Source: Planctomycetota bacterium | Lineage (GTDB): Bacteria > Planctomycetota > B15-G4 > SIAN01 | Length of the DNA: 64,000 nucleotides | Assembly: GCA_031409275.1 (NCBI GenBank) | Contig: JANNXA010000033.1 | Location: 138,704 to 202,703 of the forward strand | Direction: 5' to 3' | Part shown: positions 49,421-59,639 of the stretch, piece after piece | Layout: each line of letters begins with the position of its first letter | Position numbering within the stretch: position 1 is the stretch's first letter | Made by a program: the position numbers and the translations under genes | The notes under the pieces: generated by a model | What the model was told of the DNA's origin: nothing | Databases searched by the model: none | What the model saw: the letters and a program-made list of their open reading frames with translations, nothing else

Positions 49421-50148
49421 TGAAACGGCTGCTGCTGGTGGAGGACGATCGCGCGCTGTCGATCGGCCTGAACGACGCCTTCACGCAGGAGGGCTTCGCG
49501 GTCACCGTCGCTCGCGATGGCGACAAGGGGCGCGAGCAGCTGCGCGGCGCGACCGCTTCGATGGCGGCGCCGCGCTTCGACGTCCTCGTGCTCGATCTGA
49601 TGTTGCCGGGCCGCAGCGGGCTCGACCTCTTGCGCGAGCTGCGTGGCAGCGGATCGACCCTGCCGGTGCTGCTGCTCACCGCTCGCGGCAGCGAAGCGGA
49701 CAAGGTGCTCGGGCTCGAGCTTGGCGCCGACGACTACGTGACCAAGCCGTTCAGCTTGCGCGAACTGATCGCGCGCGTGCGCGCCCTGCTGCGGCGCGAG
49801 GAGCGCCACGAGGGCGGTGAAGCGCAAGCGGGCGGCGTGGCGCCGACTCGTTTCACGGTGGGCGAGTGCGAAGTCGACCTTGCCGCGTTCGAGCTGCGCC
49901 GCGCCGGCGAGGTCCATCCGTTGTCGCGCAAGGAGGCGGCGCTGCTGGCGCTGTTGTGGGAGCGGCGCGGAACCGTGGTCACGCGCCAGCAGTTCCTCAA
50001 GCTGGCGTGGGATGGCGGCGAGCACGTCGGCGCGCGCACGATCGACACCCACATGCTGAACCTGCGCCAGAAGCTCGAGCTCGATTCCGCGGCGCCGCGC
50101 CACCTGCTGACGGTGCACGGCGTCGGCTACCGGTTGGTGGCGGAGTGA
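49420..50148 (+). CDS. OmpR/PhoB family response regulator
   Basis: LLVEDD, LDLMLP, LTAR, GADDYVTKPF, RTIDTH..LRQK, TVHGVGY. Confidence 0.96.
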   Translation: MKRLLLVEDDRALSIGLNDAFTQEGFAVTVARDGDKGREQLRGATASMAAPRFDVLVLDLMLPGRSGLDLLRELRGSGSTLPVLLLTARGSEADKVLGLELGADDYVTKPFSLRELIARVRALLRREERHEGGEAQAGGVAPTRFTVGECEVDLAAFELRRAGEVHPLSRKEAALLALLWERRGTVVTRQQFLKLAWDGGEHVGARTIDTHMLNLRQKLELDSAAPRHLLTVHGVGYRLVAE

Positions 50149-50159
50149 AGGCGCGCCGC

Positions 50160-50186
50160 TTGACCAGGAGTTGACACGGGATTGAC
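50160..50186 (+). promoter_or_regulatory. Triple TTGAC direct repeat (11-bp period), probable response-regulator binding site
   Basis: TTGAC at 50160, 50171 and 50182, upstream of the TPR/HEAT gene. Confidence 0.6.
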
Positions 50187-50261
50187 GGCAGGCGGGCAAT
50201 CGGCGGGTGACGCACGCGTCAGATGGGGTGGTCGAGGAAGTCACCCCTGGAGGATCAGGCG

Positions 50262-53132
50262 ATGAGGATGCACGGGAACTTTGCGCGCGGGCTGCTGGCA
50301 TTGGCGCTGACCGCCACTGCCGCCGCCACCGCGGTGGCGGCGCAGGCGACCGCACCGAAGGCGACAGACCACCCGAAGGCGCTCTTCGAGCAGGCGCGCC
50401 TGGCGGAGGAGAGCGAGCACGATTTCGTGCGCGCGGCGCAGCTCTTCGAACGATTGGGCGGCGACGAGACGCTCGACTCGGAGCTGCGGGCGAAGTCGTG
50501 GCTGCAAGCCAGCCGCAATCTGGAGCGGCTCGGCAAGCATGACAAGGCGCGCACGGCGCTGCAGCTCGCGGCCGCGCTGGGCGGCGAAACCGGCGCGCAG
50601 GCGCAGCGGCTGCTCGACCACGGCAACCTCGACGAGCGCGTGATGCAGCGCGTCGACGCGGCGATCTCGAACCTTCGCCTCGCGATGACGAACGGCGTGC
50701 CACCGGAGTTCTCGCTCGAGAAGCCGCCGTTCCTCGACGTCTACTGGCTCGGGAAGGCGACGCTGCCGGGACTCGAAACGCTGGTCGCGACCTTCGCCGA
50801 TCAGACGCCGTTGATGGCGGCCGTGATGCGGCTGATCGTGGCGATCGGCGGCGAAGAGGCGGCGGCGCAGGTGCGGCAGATCGCGGCGAGCCCGGATGTC
50901 GTGTTGCGTCGCACGCTGCTCGAATCGGCGCAAGAGAAGAGCGACGAGGAGCCGGTGCGCAGCGCGCTGCTGCTGCTCTGCGCCGATGCCGACCCGCGGA
51001 TGCGCGAGCTCGCGCTGCGCAAGCTGATGGGGCTGATGAGCGAAGGCGAGCTGCTGGCACATGCACACGACCCGGACGAGCAGACGCGCGCCCGCGTCAT
51101 CGAGTTGGCGTGGAGGCTTGCCGAGCGCGATCCGGCGACCAAGCAGCGCGGCGTTTCACCGACGCTCCTCGCGGCCGTGCGCGCGTCGTTCGAGGATCCG
51201 TCGCTCGCCGTCCGCAAGGCGGTCTGCAGCGTGCTGAAGGAGACGCTCCTGTTCCGTTCAGCGGAGGGGCGAGAACTCTGGCTCGAAGCGTTGCAGAGCC
51301 AATCGCTGAACGACCCGGAACTGCGGGAAGCGTCCTGGCGGTCGCGGGGAGTCCGTGAGAAGGATTGGAACTGGGATCGCGTGCCGGCGGCGGCGACGCT
51401 GCTGGCGGCAGCGCGCGCCGTTTTCGCGGGCGACGCGCCGGACGGTGTCACGGCGAAGCAGGGCTTCCGGGAGTTCTTCGCGGCGTGCCTCGAAACGACC
51501 GGGACGGGTGATCCTTGGCCGGAGGATCACGCGAGCCTCGTCACCATCGCGCAGCTCGGCGGCTTCGAAACGTTTGCGGGCTGGGTCAGAGCCCACGCAC
51601 GGATCGACGATCTGCCAGGGCTGCTCGAAGCGGCAATTCAAGGCGTTGCCGGTTCGCTCGCGGTGCTCGAGCCCCTGATCACGAGCGCCCCGGAGCTGCC
51701 GGCCGACGCGCAGCGGCGGTGCGTCGACGCACTGGTGCGCCGCTTTGAAGCGCTCCTCGCGACGGGAGAAGTGAATCCAGCCCGCGTCTACTGTCTTTGG
51801 GCGCTTCTGAAGCTCGGCCTGCCGGCCGGCGACCGTGCGCTGGTTGGACTGCTCGGCCGCTCGCCGCGTGACTACGCCGTCGGTGTTCGGGAACTTCTTC
51901 GCCGCAAGTCGCCGGCCGCGTCGGACGCGGTGCTGCTCGACTTGCTGACGTTGCCGGCGCTGATCGAAGCGCCGCGTCCGGGCGAGCAGCCAGCGGAAGA
52001 TCCCGCAGGGACGCGATCGCTGGTCGTGATCGAGCTGGCGGAGCGCCGGGCGGCGGAACTGCCGCAGAGGATGGCGGCGGCCTATCGAGCGGGGTTGGCC
52101 AAAGCCACGGGCGCCGATGGGTTCAATCTCGGCAACCTTGGGCCGCTCGTCTGCAACAGCACCGCCAGCGGGTACCCCCCGCAGTGGGCGCCGCGCTACG
52201 ACGTCGCCACGCTCGAGCAGGTGCTGACGGAGTGCGCCGCGGTCGGGGCGCCCGAGTTCTGGCACGACCTCCAGTACCTGCCGAGCTTCTTCGATCGCAA
52301 CGCGCCGGCAACCGACGATCGGGCGCGCCTCAGTCGCGCCTTCGGCAAGGTTCTGGTCGGGATCGCGACGACGCAGAACTGGGATCTGATCGAGCGCCGC
52401 GTGAGTCTCTACGTCGGCGGGGAATGCCCTGGTTGGGAGGAGTTCGTCGTTGCCGGGATCGAACTCGAGCCGCTCGCCGATTCGATCGTCGAGAACCTGC
52501 CCGCGATGCCCGCCGCGCTGCTGCCGAAGGTGCTGGCGCGTGCGAGCCGACTGAGCCAGCAGGCGCAGTCTAGGCTGCCGTATGCGCTGCTCGCTTCCGA
52601 GGACCCGGCGGTGCGAATGCAGGTTGTCGCGCTGCTGCACCACGAGGCTGCCACGCTGCGGGGAAGGGCGGTGTATTTCATGGTCGCGAGCTATCCAACG
52701 CAGCTGCTCGATGCGGCGCCGGCGTTGGTGCGGGACCCGGATTCGGAAGTCCGGCTGAACCTGGCCATGGCGCTCGGCCGAATCTTCGATCGCGCCGCGA
52801 TTCCGCTGCTGGTCGAGCTGCTGCGCGACGGCGACGCGAAGACGCGCGAGGCGGCGCGGGCGTCACTCGATGCGCTGCAGTACTACTTCGAGAGCGCGCA
52901 GAAGTGGGAGCGGTTGAAGGCCGGCACGAGCCTCGACGCGACGAGCGCCGCCGAGGCGCTGGTGAAGCAGGCGCGCAGCGGCGCGACGATCGAGCTGCGC
53001 AAGGCCGCCATCGAGTCGCTCGGCACGCTCAAGGTCCCCGAGACGCTCCCCTTCCTGCTCGAGTTGATGGCCGACCCCGACCCGACGCTGGCCGCGGCCG
53101 CGAAGGCGGCCATCACGAAGATCAACGGCTGA
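50262..53132 (+). CDS. Secreted TPR/HEAT-repeat protein
   Basis: GGAGG RBS, signal peptide, N-terminal TPR, many D(P/S)D..VR..A HEAT repeats. Confidence 0.85.
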   Translation: MRMHGNFARGLLALALTATAAATAVAAQATAPKATDHPKALFEQARLAEESEHDFVRAAQLFERLGGDETLDSELRAKSWLQASRNLERLGKHDKARTALQLAAALGGETGAQAQRLLDHGNLDERVMQRVDAAISNLRLAMTNGVPPEFSLEKPPFLDVYWLGKATLPGLETLVATFADQTPLMAAVMRLIVAIGGEEAAAQVRQIAASPDVVLRRTLLESAQEKSDEEPVRSALLLLCADADPRMRELALRKLMGLMSEGELLAHAHDPDEQTRARVIELAWRLAERDPATKQRGVSPTLLAAVRASFEDPSLAVRKAVCSVLKETLLFRSAEGRELWLEALQSQSLNDPELREASWRSRGVREKDWNWDRVPAAATLLAAARAVFAGDAPDGVTAKQGFREFFAACLETTGTGDPWPEDHASLVTIAQLGGFETFAGWVRAHARIDDLPGLLEAAIQGVAGSLAVLEPLITSAPELPADAQRRCVDALVRRFEALLATGEVNPARVYCLWALLKLGLPAGDRALVGLLGRSPRDYAVGVRELLRRKSPAASDAVLLDLLTLPALIEAPRPGEQPAEDPAGTRSLVVIELAERRAAELPQRMAAAYRAGLAKATGADGFNLGNLGPLVCNSTASGYPPQWAPRYDVATLEQVLTECAAVGAPEFWHDLQYLPSFFDRNAPATDDRARLSRAFGKVLVGIATTQNWDLIERRVSLYVGGECPGWEEFVVAGIELEPLADSIVENLPAMPAALLPKVLARASRLSQQAQSRLPYALLASEDPAVRMQVVALLHHEAATLRGRAVYFMVASYPTQLLDAAPALVRDPDSEVRLNLAMALGRIFDRAAIPLLVELLRDGDAKTREAARASLDALQYYFESAQKWERLKAGTSLDATSAAEALVKQARSGATIELRKAAIESLGTLKVPETLPFLLELMADPDPTLAAAAKAAITKING

Positions 53133-53209
53133 CCGGCTGGTTAACCTGCGCCGCCCGCGCGGAGCAAGAACGCTCCACGTGGGCGGCTGGCGCAGGAGCT
53201 CGCTTCGTG

Positions 53210-54559
53210 ATGGACGAACCGGTCGACAAGACCACGGCGCATGCTCCTTCGGTGCCGCCGCCACGCCGCAGCCGTTCTCGCCGCTTCGTCTATGCGATCG
53301 CCTTGGTCGCGCTGCTCGGCGTCGTGTCCGAGATCGGCGCTCTTGCGGCGTTGCGGGCGCTGGATGGCGAGTGGTTCGCCTACGAGCGATGGGCGGCAGA
53401 CCGCAACGCGGCCATCGAATCGACGCCGTTGCCCGACTCGTTTCGCGGCGGCGCGGCGCAACGCTCCGGACCCTACCGCGAGGTGATCCACCCCTACCTC
53501 GGCTACGCGCTCGAGCTGCGCTCGGCGGAGCGCCGCCAGCCATTCGAGGTGCCCACGCTTCGGATCGAAGAGTGCGCGATGGGCAGTCCGCGCCGTTCGC
53601 AAGGCACCTTGCTGGTGGGGCTCTTCGGCGGCTCCGTGGCCTACATTTTCTCCGAAGAGGGGACCGCTCGATTGGCGGCGGCGATCCGCTCGCTCGACCT
53701 CGCCAAGGGGCGCGAGGTGCGCTTCGTGGTCGCGGCAGCCGGTGGCTGGAAGCAGCCGCAGCAGGCGATGGCGCTGTCGTGGATGCTCTCCATCGGCTGC
53801 GAGCTCGACCTGCTGATCCAACTCGACGGCTTCAACGAGGTCGCGTTGCATGCGCACGAGAACGCGAAGCTGAATACGTTCCCGGCCTATCCGCGCCGCT
53901 GGGCGGCGCGCATCGAGAAGCTCCCCGACGCAGCGACGCGATTGGCCCTCGGCCGGCTGAGCGTGATCGGCGAGGATCGAATCGGGTGGGCGAAGGCCTT
54001 CACGCAAGGGGCGGCGCGTTTCTCCGCGGTCGCGAACCTGCTGTGGCGAGCGCGCGACGCCTCGTTGCGCCGCGAAGTGGACGCATGCGTGACGCAGTTG
54101 CGCGAGAAACCGACGACCACTGCCTCCTACCTGACGCAGGGACCCGACTATTCCGCGGCGAGCAGTGACGCAACGATGGATGACCTCGTCGCGACGTGGG
54201 AGCGCAGCTCGCGACTCATGTCGGAGCTGTGCCGCGCGCACGGCATCCGCTACTTCCACTTCCTGCAGCCGAACCAGTACGTCGATGGCTCGAAGGTGTT
54301 GTCCGACGAGGAGCGCGAGAAGTGTTGGAAGGAAGATCAGCCCTATCGCGCCGGCGTTCTCTCGGGCTACCCGCGGTTGCGCGCGACGGGGGCGCGGCTC
54401 GTCGCCGAAGCGGAGTCGTTCCACGACCTCACGATGGTGTTTGCGGACGTCGCCGAGACGCTCTACATCGACGCCTGCTGCCACTTCAACCGGCGTGGCA
54501 ACGAACTCGTGGCCGATGCGATTGCCGCCGTGCTGCGGCAGGAGCTCGACGCGAAGTGA
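53210..54559 (+). CDS. Membrane-anchored SGNH/GDSL-like hydrolase
   Basis: N-terminal TM, HPYLGY, FGGSVA (block I), LDGFNE, FLQP, YIDACCHFN..GN (block V). Confidence 0.75.
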   Translation: MDEPVDKTTAHAPSVPPPRRSRSRRFVYAIALVALLGVVSEIGALAALRALDGEWFAYERWAADRNAAIESTPLPDSFRGGAAQRSGPYREVIHPYLGYALELRSAERRQPFEVPTLRIEECAMGSPRRSQGTLLVGLFGGSVAYIFSEEGTARLAAAIRSLDLAKGREVRFVVAAAGGWKQPQQAMALSWMLSIGCELDLLIQLDGFNEVALHAHENAKLNTFPAYPRRWAARIEKLPDAATRLALGRLSVIGEDRIGWAKAFTQGAARFSAVANLLWRARDASLRREVDACVTQLREKPTTTASYLTQGPDYSAASSDATMDDLVATWERSSRLMSELCRAHGIRYFHFLQPNQYVDGSKVLSDEEREKCWKEDQPYRAGVLSGYPRLRATGARLVAEAESFHDLTMVFADVAETLYIDACCHFNRRGNELVADAIAAVLRQELDAK

Positions 54560-54571
54560 CGGTGCCTCGCA

Positions 54572-55681
54572 TTACCGCGGTGCGAGCAGTTGGCCGATCA
54601 GCGTGGTGAGGCGCGCGCGGTAGCCCTCGGGGTCGTGGCCCCAGACGTGGCCGTGCTTCGCCCCGGGGTCGATCCACAGCGTTTTGCGATCGGCCTGGGT
54701 CGGCAACGCGTCGAAAATGGCGCGCACGGTGTCGGGTGGCATGCGCGTGTCTTCGCCGGCACCGATCAGCAGCACGCGCACGTCGGGACATAGCGCCGCG
54801 AGCGCAGCGCCCGGCTTCACGGCGTCGAACGGGATCGTGCCGAGCGCCGCCGCCGCGTTCAGCAAGATCGCGCGGAACGGCTGCGGGATCGCGCCGCCGC
54901 GCCCTTCGCCACCCGAGAGCATGCGCTCCGCGGTCGCGCGCAGGTCGTCCATCGGCGCGTCGAGCACGAGGGCCGCAAGGCCGTCGATCTGCGCGGCTGC
55001 CATCGCCGCGGGAGCGGTGCCGATGCTGACCGCGAAGAGGACGAACGGGCGATCGCTGCTGCCGGGCCGCGCGCGCAGGAAGTCGACGCCGCCCAGCACA
55101 TCCTGAGTCTCGTCGCGGCCATAGGTGAAGGGGCGTCGCTCGCTGCCACCGTGGCGGCGCAGTTCGAGCAGCAGCACCTCGCCGCCGAGCTCGCGCAACA
55201 TCGAGCCGACCGTCTCGAGTTCGAGCGCGCCGCGGAAGAGGCCGTGGACCAGCAGTGCCGTGAAGCGCGGCGCCCCGCTCGCTGGAGGGACCAGGAAGCC
55301 GCGCAGGGCCGCGCCATCGCGAGCGCGCACGTCGACGGCGAAGGGCGAGCGCGCCGCCACCGTCGGCGCGGCCTCGCGCGCGGGTCGTTCTGCCGCGAGG
55401 CTCTCGCGGCTCTGCAACTGCCACGTTCCATCGGAGGCGAAACGTGGACCGGCGTAGGCGCGCTCGTCGCCGCGCGTATCCGTGAAGCGCGGCGCGATCA
55501 CGGCGAGGCCGACCGGCAGCGTGACGAACGCATGCACGACCAAAAGTGCGAGGTGCCAGCGCAGCAGTCGCCCCCACGCGCCAGGCTTGCGCCGCTTGAG
55601 CAGCGATGCGAGTCCCAACCAGAGCAGGCCGAGCAGCAGCGTGGCGACGGTCAGCGCCGCCGCCGGCACCAGGATCAGCAT
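54572..55681 (-). CDS. Membrane-anchored alpha/beta hydrolase
   Basis: Two TMs, LLVHG, LRRHGGS, nucleophile elbow AVSIG, GEDTRMP, GAKHG; coupled to the upstream stop. Confidence 0.82.
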   Translation of the reverse strand: MLILVPAAALTVATLLLGLLWLGLASLLKRRKPGAWGRLLRWHLALLVVHAFVTLPVGLAVIAPRFTDTRGDERAYAGPRFASDGTWQLQSRESLAAERPAREAAPTVAARSPFAVDVRARDGAALRGFLVPPASGAPRFTALLVHGLFRGALELETVGSMLRELGGEVLLLELRRHGGSERRPFTYGRDETQDVLGGVDFLRARPGSSDRPFVLFAVSIGTAPAAMAAAQIDGLAALVLDAPMDDLRATAERMLSGGEGRGGAIPQPFRAILLNAAAALGTIPFDAVKPGAALAALCPDVRVLLIGAGEDTRMPPDTVRAIFDALPTQADRKTLWIDPGAKHGHVWGHDPEGYRARLTTLIGQLLAPR

Positions 55682-56907
55682 CACTCGAGGAACCTCGCGC
55701 GCAGAGCTGGAGGAAGGATCGGGCAAGCCGCGCCGGGTGTGGCGAAGAGGCTCTTGCGCAGCTTCGCGACGAGGTCGTAGCCGAGGTCGCGCAGCGGTCG
55801 CGGGATCCAGCGCATCAGCATTGCCGCGACACGCCACGTTCCGCCAAGGCGATCGAGGATGGCGATCGCGGCGCTCGACTTCGTTTGCAGCGTTCCATCG
55901 GCGAGTCGCACCACCACGCTGTCGGGCAGCGTGCGGCGAGTCGGCTCGTCGACCAGTTCCGCGATCGCGCGCCCCTGCAATGGCGAGAACCAGAACGCCG
56001 TCGGCCGATCTTCCGCCAGAACGAAGCGGACGAAGCGATGGCAGAGGCCGCAACCGCCGTCATAGAAGAGGTGCAAGCGCGGCGTCGGCGGTGGAGCGGG
56101 CAGCCAGCCGGGATCGAAGGCGAACAGCGCGATCAGCAGGAGCGATTCGTCGCGCGCGCCGCCAGCGCCGAGCAGCACCACCAGCAGTCGCAGCGCGGTC
56201 GCGCTCGACCAGGTGAAGCGCTGCGACCGGGGCTTCCAGACCAGCAGCACCAGCGCGGCGTCGGCCACCACCGACAGCCAGACCACCACCTGCATCGCGT
56301 GGCCGTCGGCGCGAGCGCCGCCGTGGCTCGCGCCCCCGCGACCTCGGAGCTGCTCGATGACCGAGACCGCCGCTCCGACGACCAGCAGCAACCAGAAGAG
56401 CCGGAAGGTCTGCTGCGGCAACTGCCAGCCGCCATCGGGGTTCACGCGCCCGCGCGCGTCGAAGCTCAGGAACGGTTCCTTCGGCACCGTCGCGAAGGCG
56501 AGCAGAAGGAGGGCGAGCCACGTCGGCGCCGGCAGCGACAACAGCGGATTGTGGCTCGCCAGGCAGGGGACGAGGTAGGTCAGCACCAGCGCCGCCGTCC
56601 GAGCCCGCCAGCCGCTCGCGAGGAGCAGGCCGGCCACGACTCCGAGTGCGACCAGCGCCGCGCCGCCCGCCGGCGCATCGATCCACGCGAAGAGGTTTGG
56701 CACGACGCCAAGCAGCGCCTCGCCGTCGCCCCATGCGAGCACGCGACCTGTGCCGAAGTGGTGGCGCCAGTCGGGCAGCAGCATGGCCAGCCGCAGCGCG
56801 AGCCATCCGCCCAGCACGAAGCGCGCGACGCTCCATTGGCCACCGCTCCAGCTCGCGCCGGGCGCGCGCGGGTCGTAGCGATCGGCGGTCGGGTCGAAGA
56901 CGAACAT
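55681..56907 (-). CDS. HTTM-like membrane domain fused to DCC1-like thiol-disulfide oxidoreductase
   Basis: Multi-TM N-terminus; LFYDGGCGLCHRFV, FSPLQG, IPRPLRDLGYDLVA..R, ACPILPP..RARF. Confidence 0.82.
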   Translation of the reverse strand: MFVFDPTADRYDPRAPGASWSGGQWSVARFVLGGWLALRLAMLLPDWRHHFGTGRVLAWGDGEALLGVVPNLFAWIDAPAGGAALVALGVVAGLLLASGWRARTAALVLTYLVPCLASHNPLLSLPAPTWLALLLLAFATVPKEPFLSFDARGRVNPDGGWQLPQQTFRLFWLLLVVGAAVSVIEQLRGRGGASHGGARADGHAMQVVVWLSVVADAALVLLVWKPRSQRFTWSSATALRLLVVLLGAGGARDESLLLIALFAFDPGWLPAPPPTPRLHLFYDGGCGLCHRFVRFVLAEDRPTAFWFSPLQGRAIAELVDEPTRRTLPDSVVVRLADGTLQTKSSAAIAILDRLGGTWRVAAMLMRWIPRPLRDLGYDLVAKLRKSLFATPGAACPILPPALRARFLE

Positions 56908-57164
56908 GGCGCGGAGTTTACGTCGATTCGCGGCGCGGCCGGCTCGCGCGCGGGTGGCGCGGCCGTCGCGGGAACTCGAAGCGGCAGCGGCACGTGCCAT
57001 GATCGGGAAAGTGACCCGCGCTACGCGCCAGTGACGATTGGTCTCGCCGTCTGCACCAGTGGCACGGCGTGCGGATCGAGGCGCGACCTTTGCTAAATGA
57101 CGCTGCACTCGCTCGCCGCGGTTCTCCAACGGACCGGGCCGAGCGCCCACCAGGAGCCTGGTCG

Positions 57165-58445
57165 ATGGCCGGTCACTTCGACGTCTGGTTCATTCCGAGC
57201 ATGCTGGCCGTGGCCGCCGCCGCCGCCGCGCAGGACGCGGCGCCGACTCTCGAAGCGCGCGTGCAGGCGCTCGAGCAGAAGAGCGCCGACCCCAATGCGC
57301 TCAGCGCGCAGTGGAAGGATGGCCTGCGGCTCGAGAGCGCCGACAAGGCGTTCGAGCTCAAGATCGGCGGTCGCATGCAGTTCGACGCGTTCTTCGGCGA
57401 CGCCGATGACGACGCGGTGTCGACGCTGGGTGGGCCGCTCGAGGACGGCACGCAGATGCGTCGTGCCCGCCTCGCGCTGGCCGGCAAGCTGGAGCATCAC
57501 TTCGAGTTCAAGTGGGAGTACGACTTCTCGGACAAGGACGGCAAGGCGAAGTTGGCCGACCTCTACGCCGGGATCGTCGACGTCGACGGCTTCCCGAACC
57601 TGCGCGCCGGCCACTTCAAGGAGCCCTTCGGCCTCGAAGCGCTGGCCAGCGCCAACGACCTCGTTTTCATGGAACGAGCGCTGCCGGCCGCGCTCGTGCC
57701 GTTCCGCAACGCCGGCTTCCAGCTCGCCGACACCCTCGCCGCCGACAAGATGACCTGGGCCGTGGGCCTCTTCCGCGAGACCAACGACAGCGCCTTCGGG
57801 CAGTCGGACGGGGCGTGGTCCGGCACCGCTCGCGTCACCGCGCTGCCGTGGGCGACCGAGAAGCTCGACCACCTCGTCCACCTCGGCGTCGCCGTCAGCC
57901 GTCGCGCGCCGCCCGCCGACGAGCTGCAGATCAAGAGCAAGCCCGAGGCGAACCTCGCGCTCGACTTCCTCGACACGACGAAGCTCAACGACGTCGATTC
58001 GGTGACGCTGCTCGGCGCCGAGTTCGGTGTGCTGCTCGACCGTATGTCGCTGCAGGGTGAGTGGGTGCGCAGCGAAGTGGCGCGCGGCGCCGGCAACGAC
58101 GACGCGACCTTCCAGGGGTGGTACGCGATGGCCGCGTGGACGCTGACCGGCGAGCCGCGCCGCTACAAGGCGACCGATGGCGTCTTCCAGAACCCGAAGC
58201 CGGCGAAGAGCCTCTTCCAGGATGGCGGCGGCGGCGCGTGGGAGGTGGCGGCGCGCCTCTCGTCGCTCGACCTCGACGACGGCGCCGTCACCGGCGGCGA
58301 GCTCCGCGACCTCACGCTCGGCCTCAACTGGTACCCGAGCAGCTTCACCAAGGTGATGCTCAACGTGATCCGCGCCGACCTCGACAAGGCGCCCGATGAC
58401 GGGCAGGCCGACCTCCTCGAGATGCGTCTCCAGTTCGCGTTCTGA
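57165..58445 (+). CDS. OprO/OprP family anion-selective porin
   Basis: GGRMQFD, RRARL, GHFKEPFGLE, FMER, LTGE.R.Y, GAWEVAAR, TLGLNWY, terminal QFAF. Confidence 0.92.
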   Translation: MAGHFDVWFIPSMLAVAAAAAAQDAAPTLEARVQALEQKSADPNALSAQWKDGLRLESADKAFELKIGGRMQFDAFFGDADDDAVSTLGGPLEDGTQMRRARLALAGKLEHHFEFKWEYDFSDKDGKAKLADLYAGIVDVDGFPNLRAGHFKEPFGLEALASANDLVFMERALPAALVPFRNAGFQLADTLAADKMTWAVGLFRETNDSAFGQSDGAWSGTARVTALPWATEKLDHLVHLGVAVSRRAPPADELQIKSKPEANLALDFLDTTKLNDVDSVTLLGAEFGVLLDRMSLQGEWVRSEVARGAGNDDATFQGWYAMAAWTLTGEPRRYKATDGVFQNPKPAKSLFQDGGGGAWEVAARLSSLDLDDGAVTGGELRDLTLGLNWYPSSFTKVMLNVIRADLDKAPDDGQADLLEMRLQFAF

Positions 58446-58571
58446 CCGTCGCGGCGTCGGCGCGCCACACCTCCGCGGTACGGGCGTCGTGCACCTGTCG
58501 TGAGCGGCGCGCGGTCGCCATGCTTCCGGCACGTCGGCATCGACGCACGGTGCCGTCCTGGAGGGCGATCG

Positions 58572-59630
58572 ATGCCGTGCCGCCGTTCTCCCCGGATCCT
58601 TCCCGCCATCGCGGCGGGTTCGATCGCCCTGCTGGTCGCGGCGGCTTCCCTGCGCGTCGCAGCGGCTTCGCCGTCGAACTCGATCGTGGGGGCGACGCTT
58701 CTGGAGCCGTCGATCGACGCGAGGCGCTACGTCGGCTCCATCACCTTTGACGCGCTTGTCGGCTGCTCCGACGTGATCGTGCTGGCCAAGGTCGAGCGGA
58801 TCGACAAGTCCAAGCCGTCGAGTCTCTCGGTGCCGTTCGACGAGCTGCGGATCGCCGAAGCGAGTGTCCTCGAGACGTGGAAGGGGCGGCCGGGGGCGAC
58901 CGTCTGCTACCGCGCGTCGCCGACCTTCATCTGCGACGGGAGCGATGCGGTCGTGGGCGAGACGGCGGTGCTGTTCCTTTGCCCTCCCGACGAGCACGGG
59001 ATGCGCGAGATCATGAACGTCGGGTCGGGTCGGATGCAGGTGGAGTCGGAAGGCGCCGCGCGCTACGCGACGATCCACTCGCAGTTCATCGAGCTGCCGC
59101 CGCCTGGGCCGCCGAACGTCGAGGCTCCCGAGACGCTGCTGGCGCGGCTCGACCTCGATGCGCTGCGGCAGAGGACGCGCGAGCACCTGAAGCGCCACGA
59201 GACGCTCGAGACGCTCGTCGCGGCGGCCGACCTGATCGTCCTGGCGATGGTCGAGGAGGTCGTCGATGAGCGGTGGGTGGTGGTCCGCGTGGATGAGCGC
59301 TGGAAGGGGACGACCGGAGGGGCGGAGAAGCTGACGGTGCGCGGCACCTATTCATGGCCGCTCGACGAGATTGGATTCGCCCGGTCGCAGCGGCAGGTGC
59401 TCTTCCTCGGCGCGCCGCTCTCTGACGGGAGCCGGCCGATCGTCGGCGCCGATCGCGGCCGCATGACGATCGTGAAGGTCGCGGGCGTGCCGCTCGGTGT
59501 CGCGTGGGTCGTCGACGTCGATTGGCCGCGCGATCTGCGCGTCGACGAGGAGCCCGATCGGCCCGGTCTCCTCTACGGCCGCATCGACCTCGAGCGACTG
59601 GAACGGCGCATCGAAACGCTCGACGACTGA
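58572..59630 (+). CDS. Secreted hypothetical protein with two tandem OB/TIMP-like domains
   Basis: TFDALVGCSDVIVLAKVE..ETWKG..VLFL..GRM and TLETLVAAADLIVLAMVE..ERWKG..VLFL..GRM. Confidence 0.7.
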   Translation: MPCRRSPRILPAIAAGSIALLVAAASLRVAAASPSNSIVGATLLEPSIDARRYVGSITFDALVGCSDVIVLAKVERIDKSKPSSLSVPFDELRIAEASVLETWKGRPGATVCYRASPTFICDGSDAVVGETAVLFLCPPDEHGMREIMNVGSGRMQVESEGAARYATIHSQFIELPPPGPPNVEAPETLLARLDLDALRQRTREHLKRHETLETLVAAADLIVLAMVEEVVDERWVVVRVDERWKGTTGGAEKLTVRGTYSWPLDEIGFARSQRQVLFLGAPLSDGSRPIVGADRGRMTIVKVAGVPLGVAWVVDVDWPRDLRVDEEPDRPGLLYGRIDLERLERRIETLDD

Positions 59631-59639
59631 CTTGCCCGC

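Noticed and set aside
56035..56065. CGLCH as a c-type heme site
   Set aside because: It is the DxxCxxC redox motif of the DCC1 family.
56910..57164. Pho box upstream of the OprO/P porin
   Set aside because: No 11-bp-periodic GTCA(T/C) repeats seen and no pst genes adjacent; phosphate specificity is unsupported.
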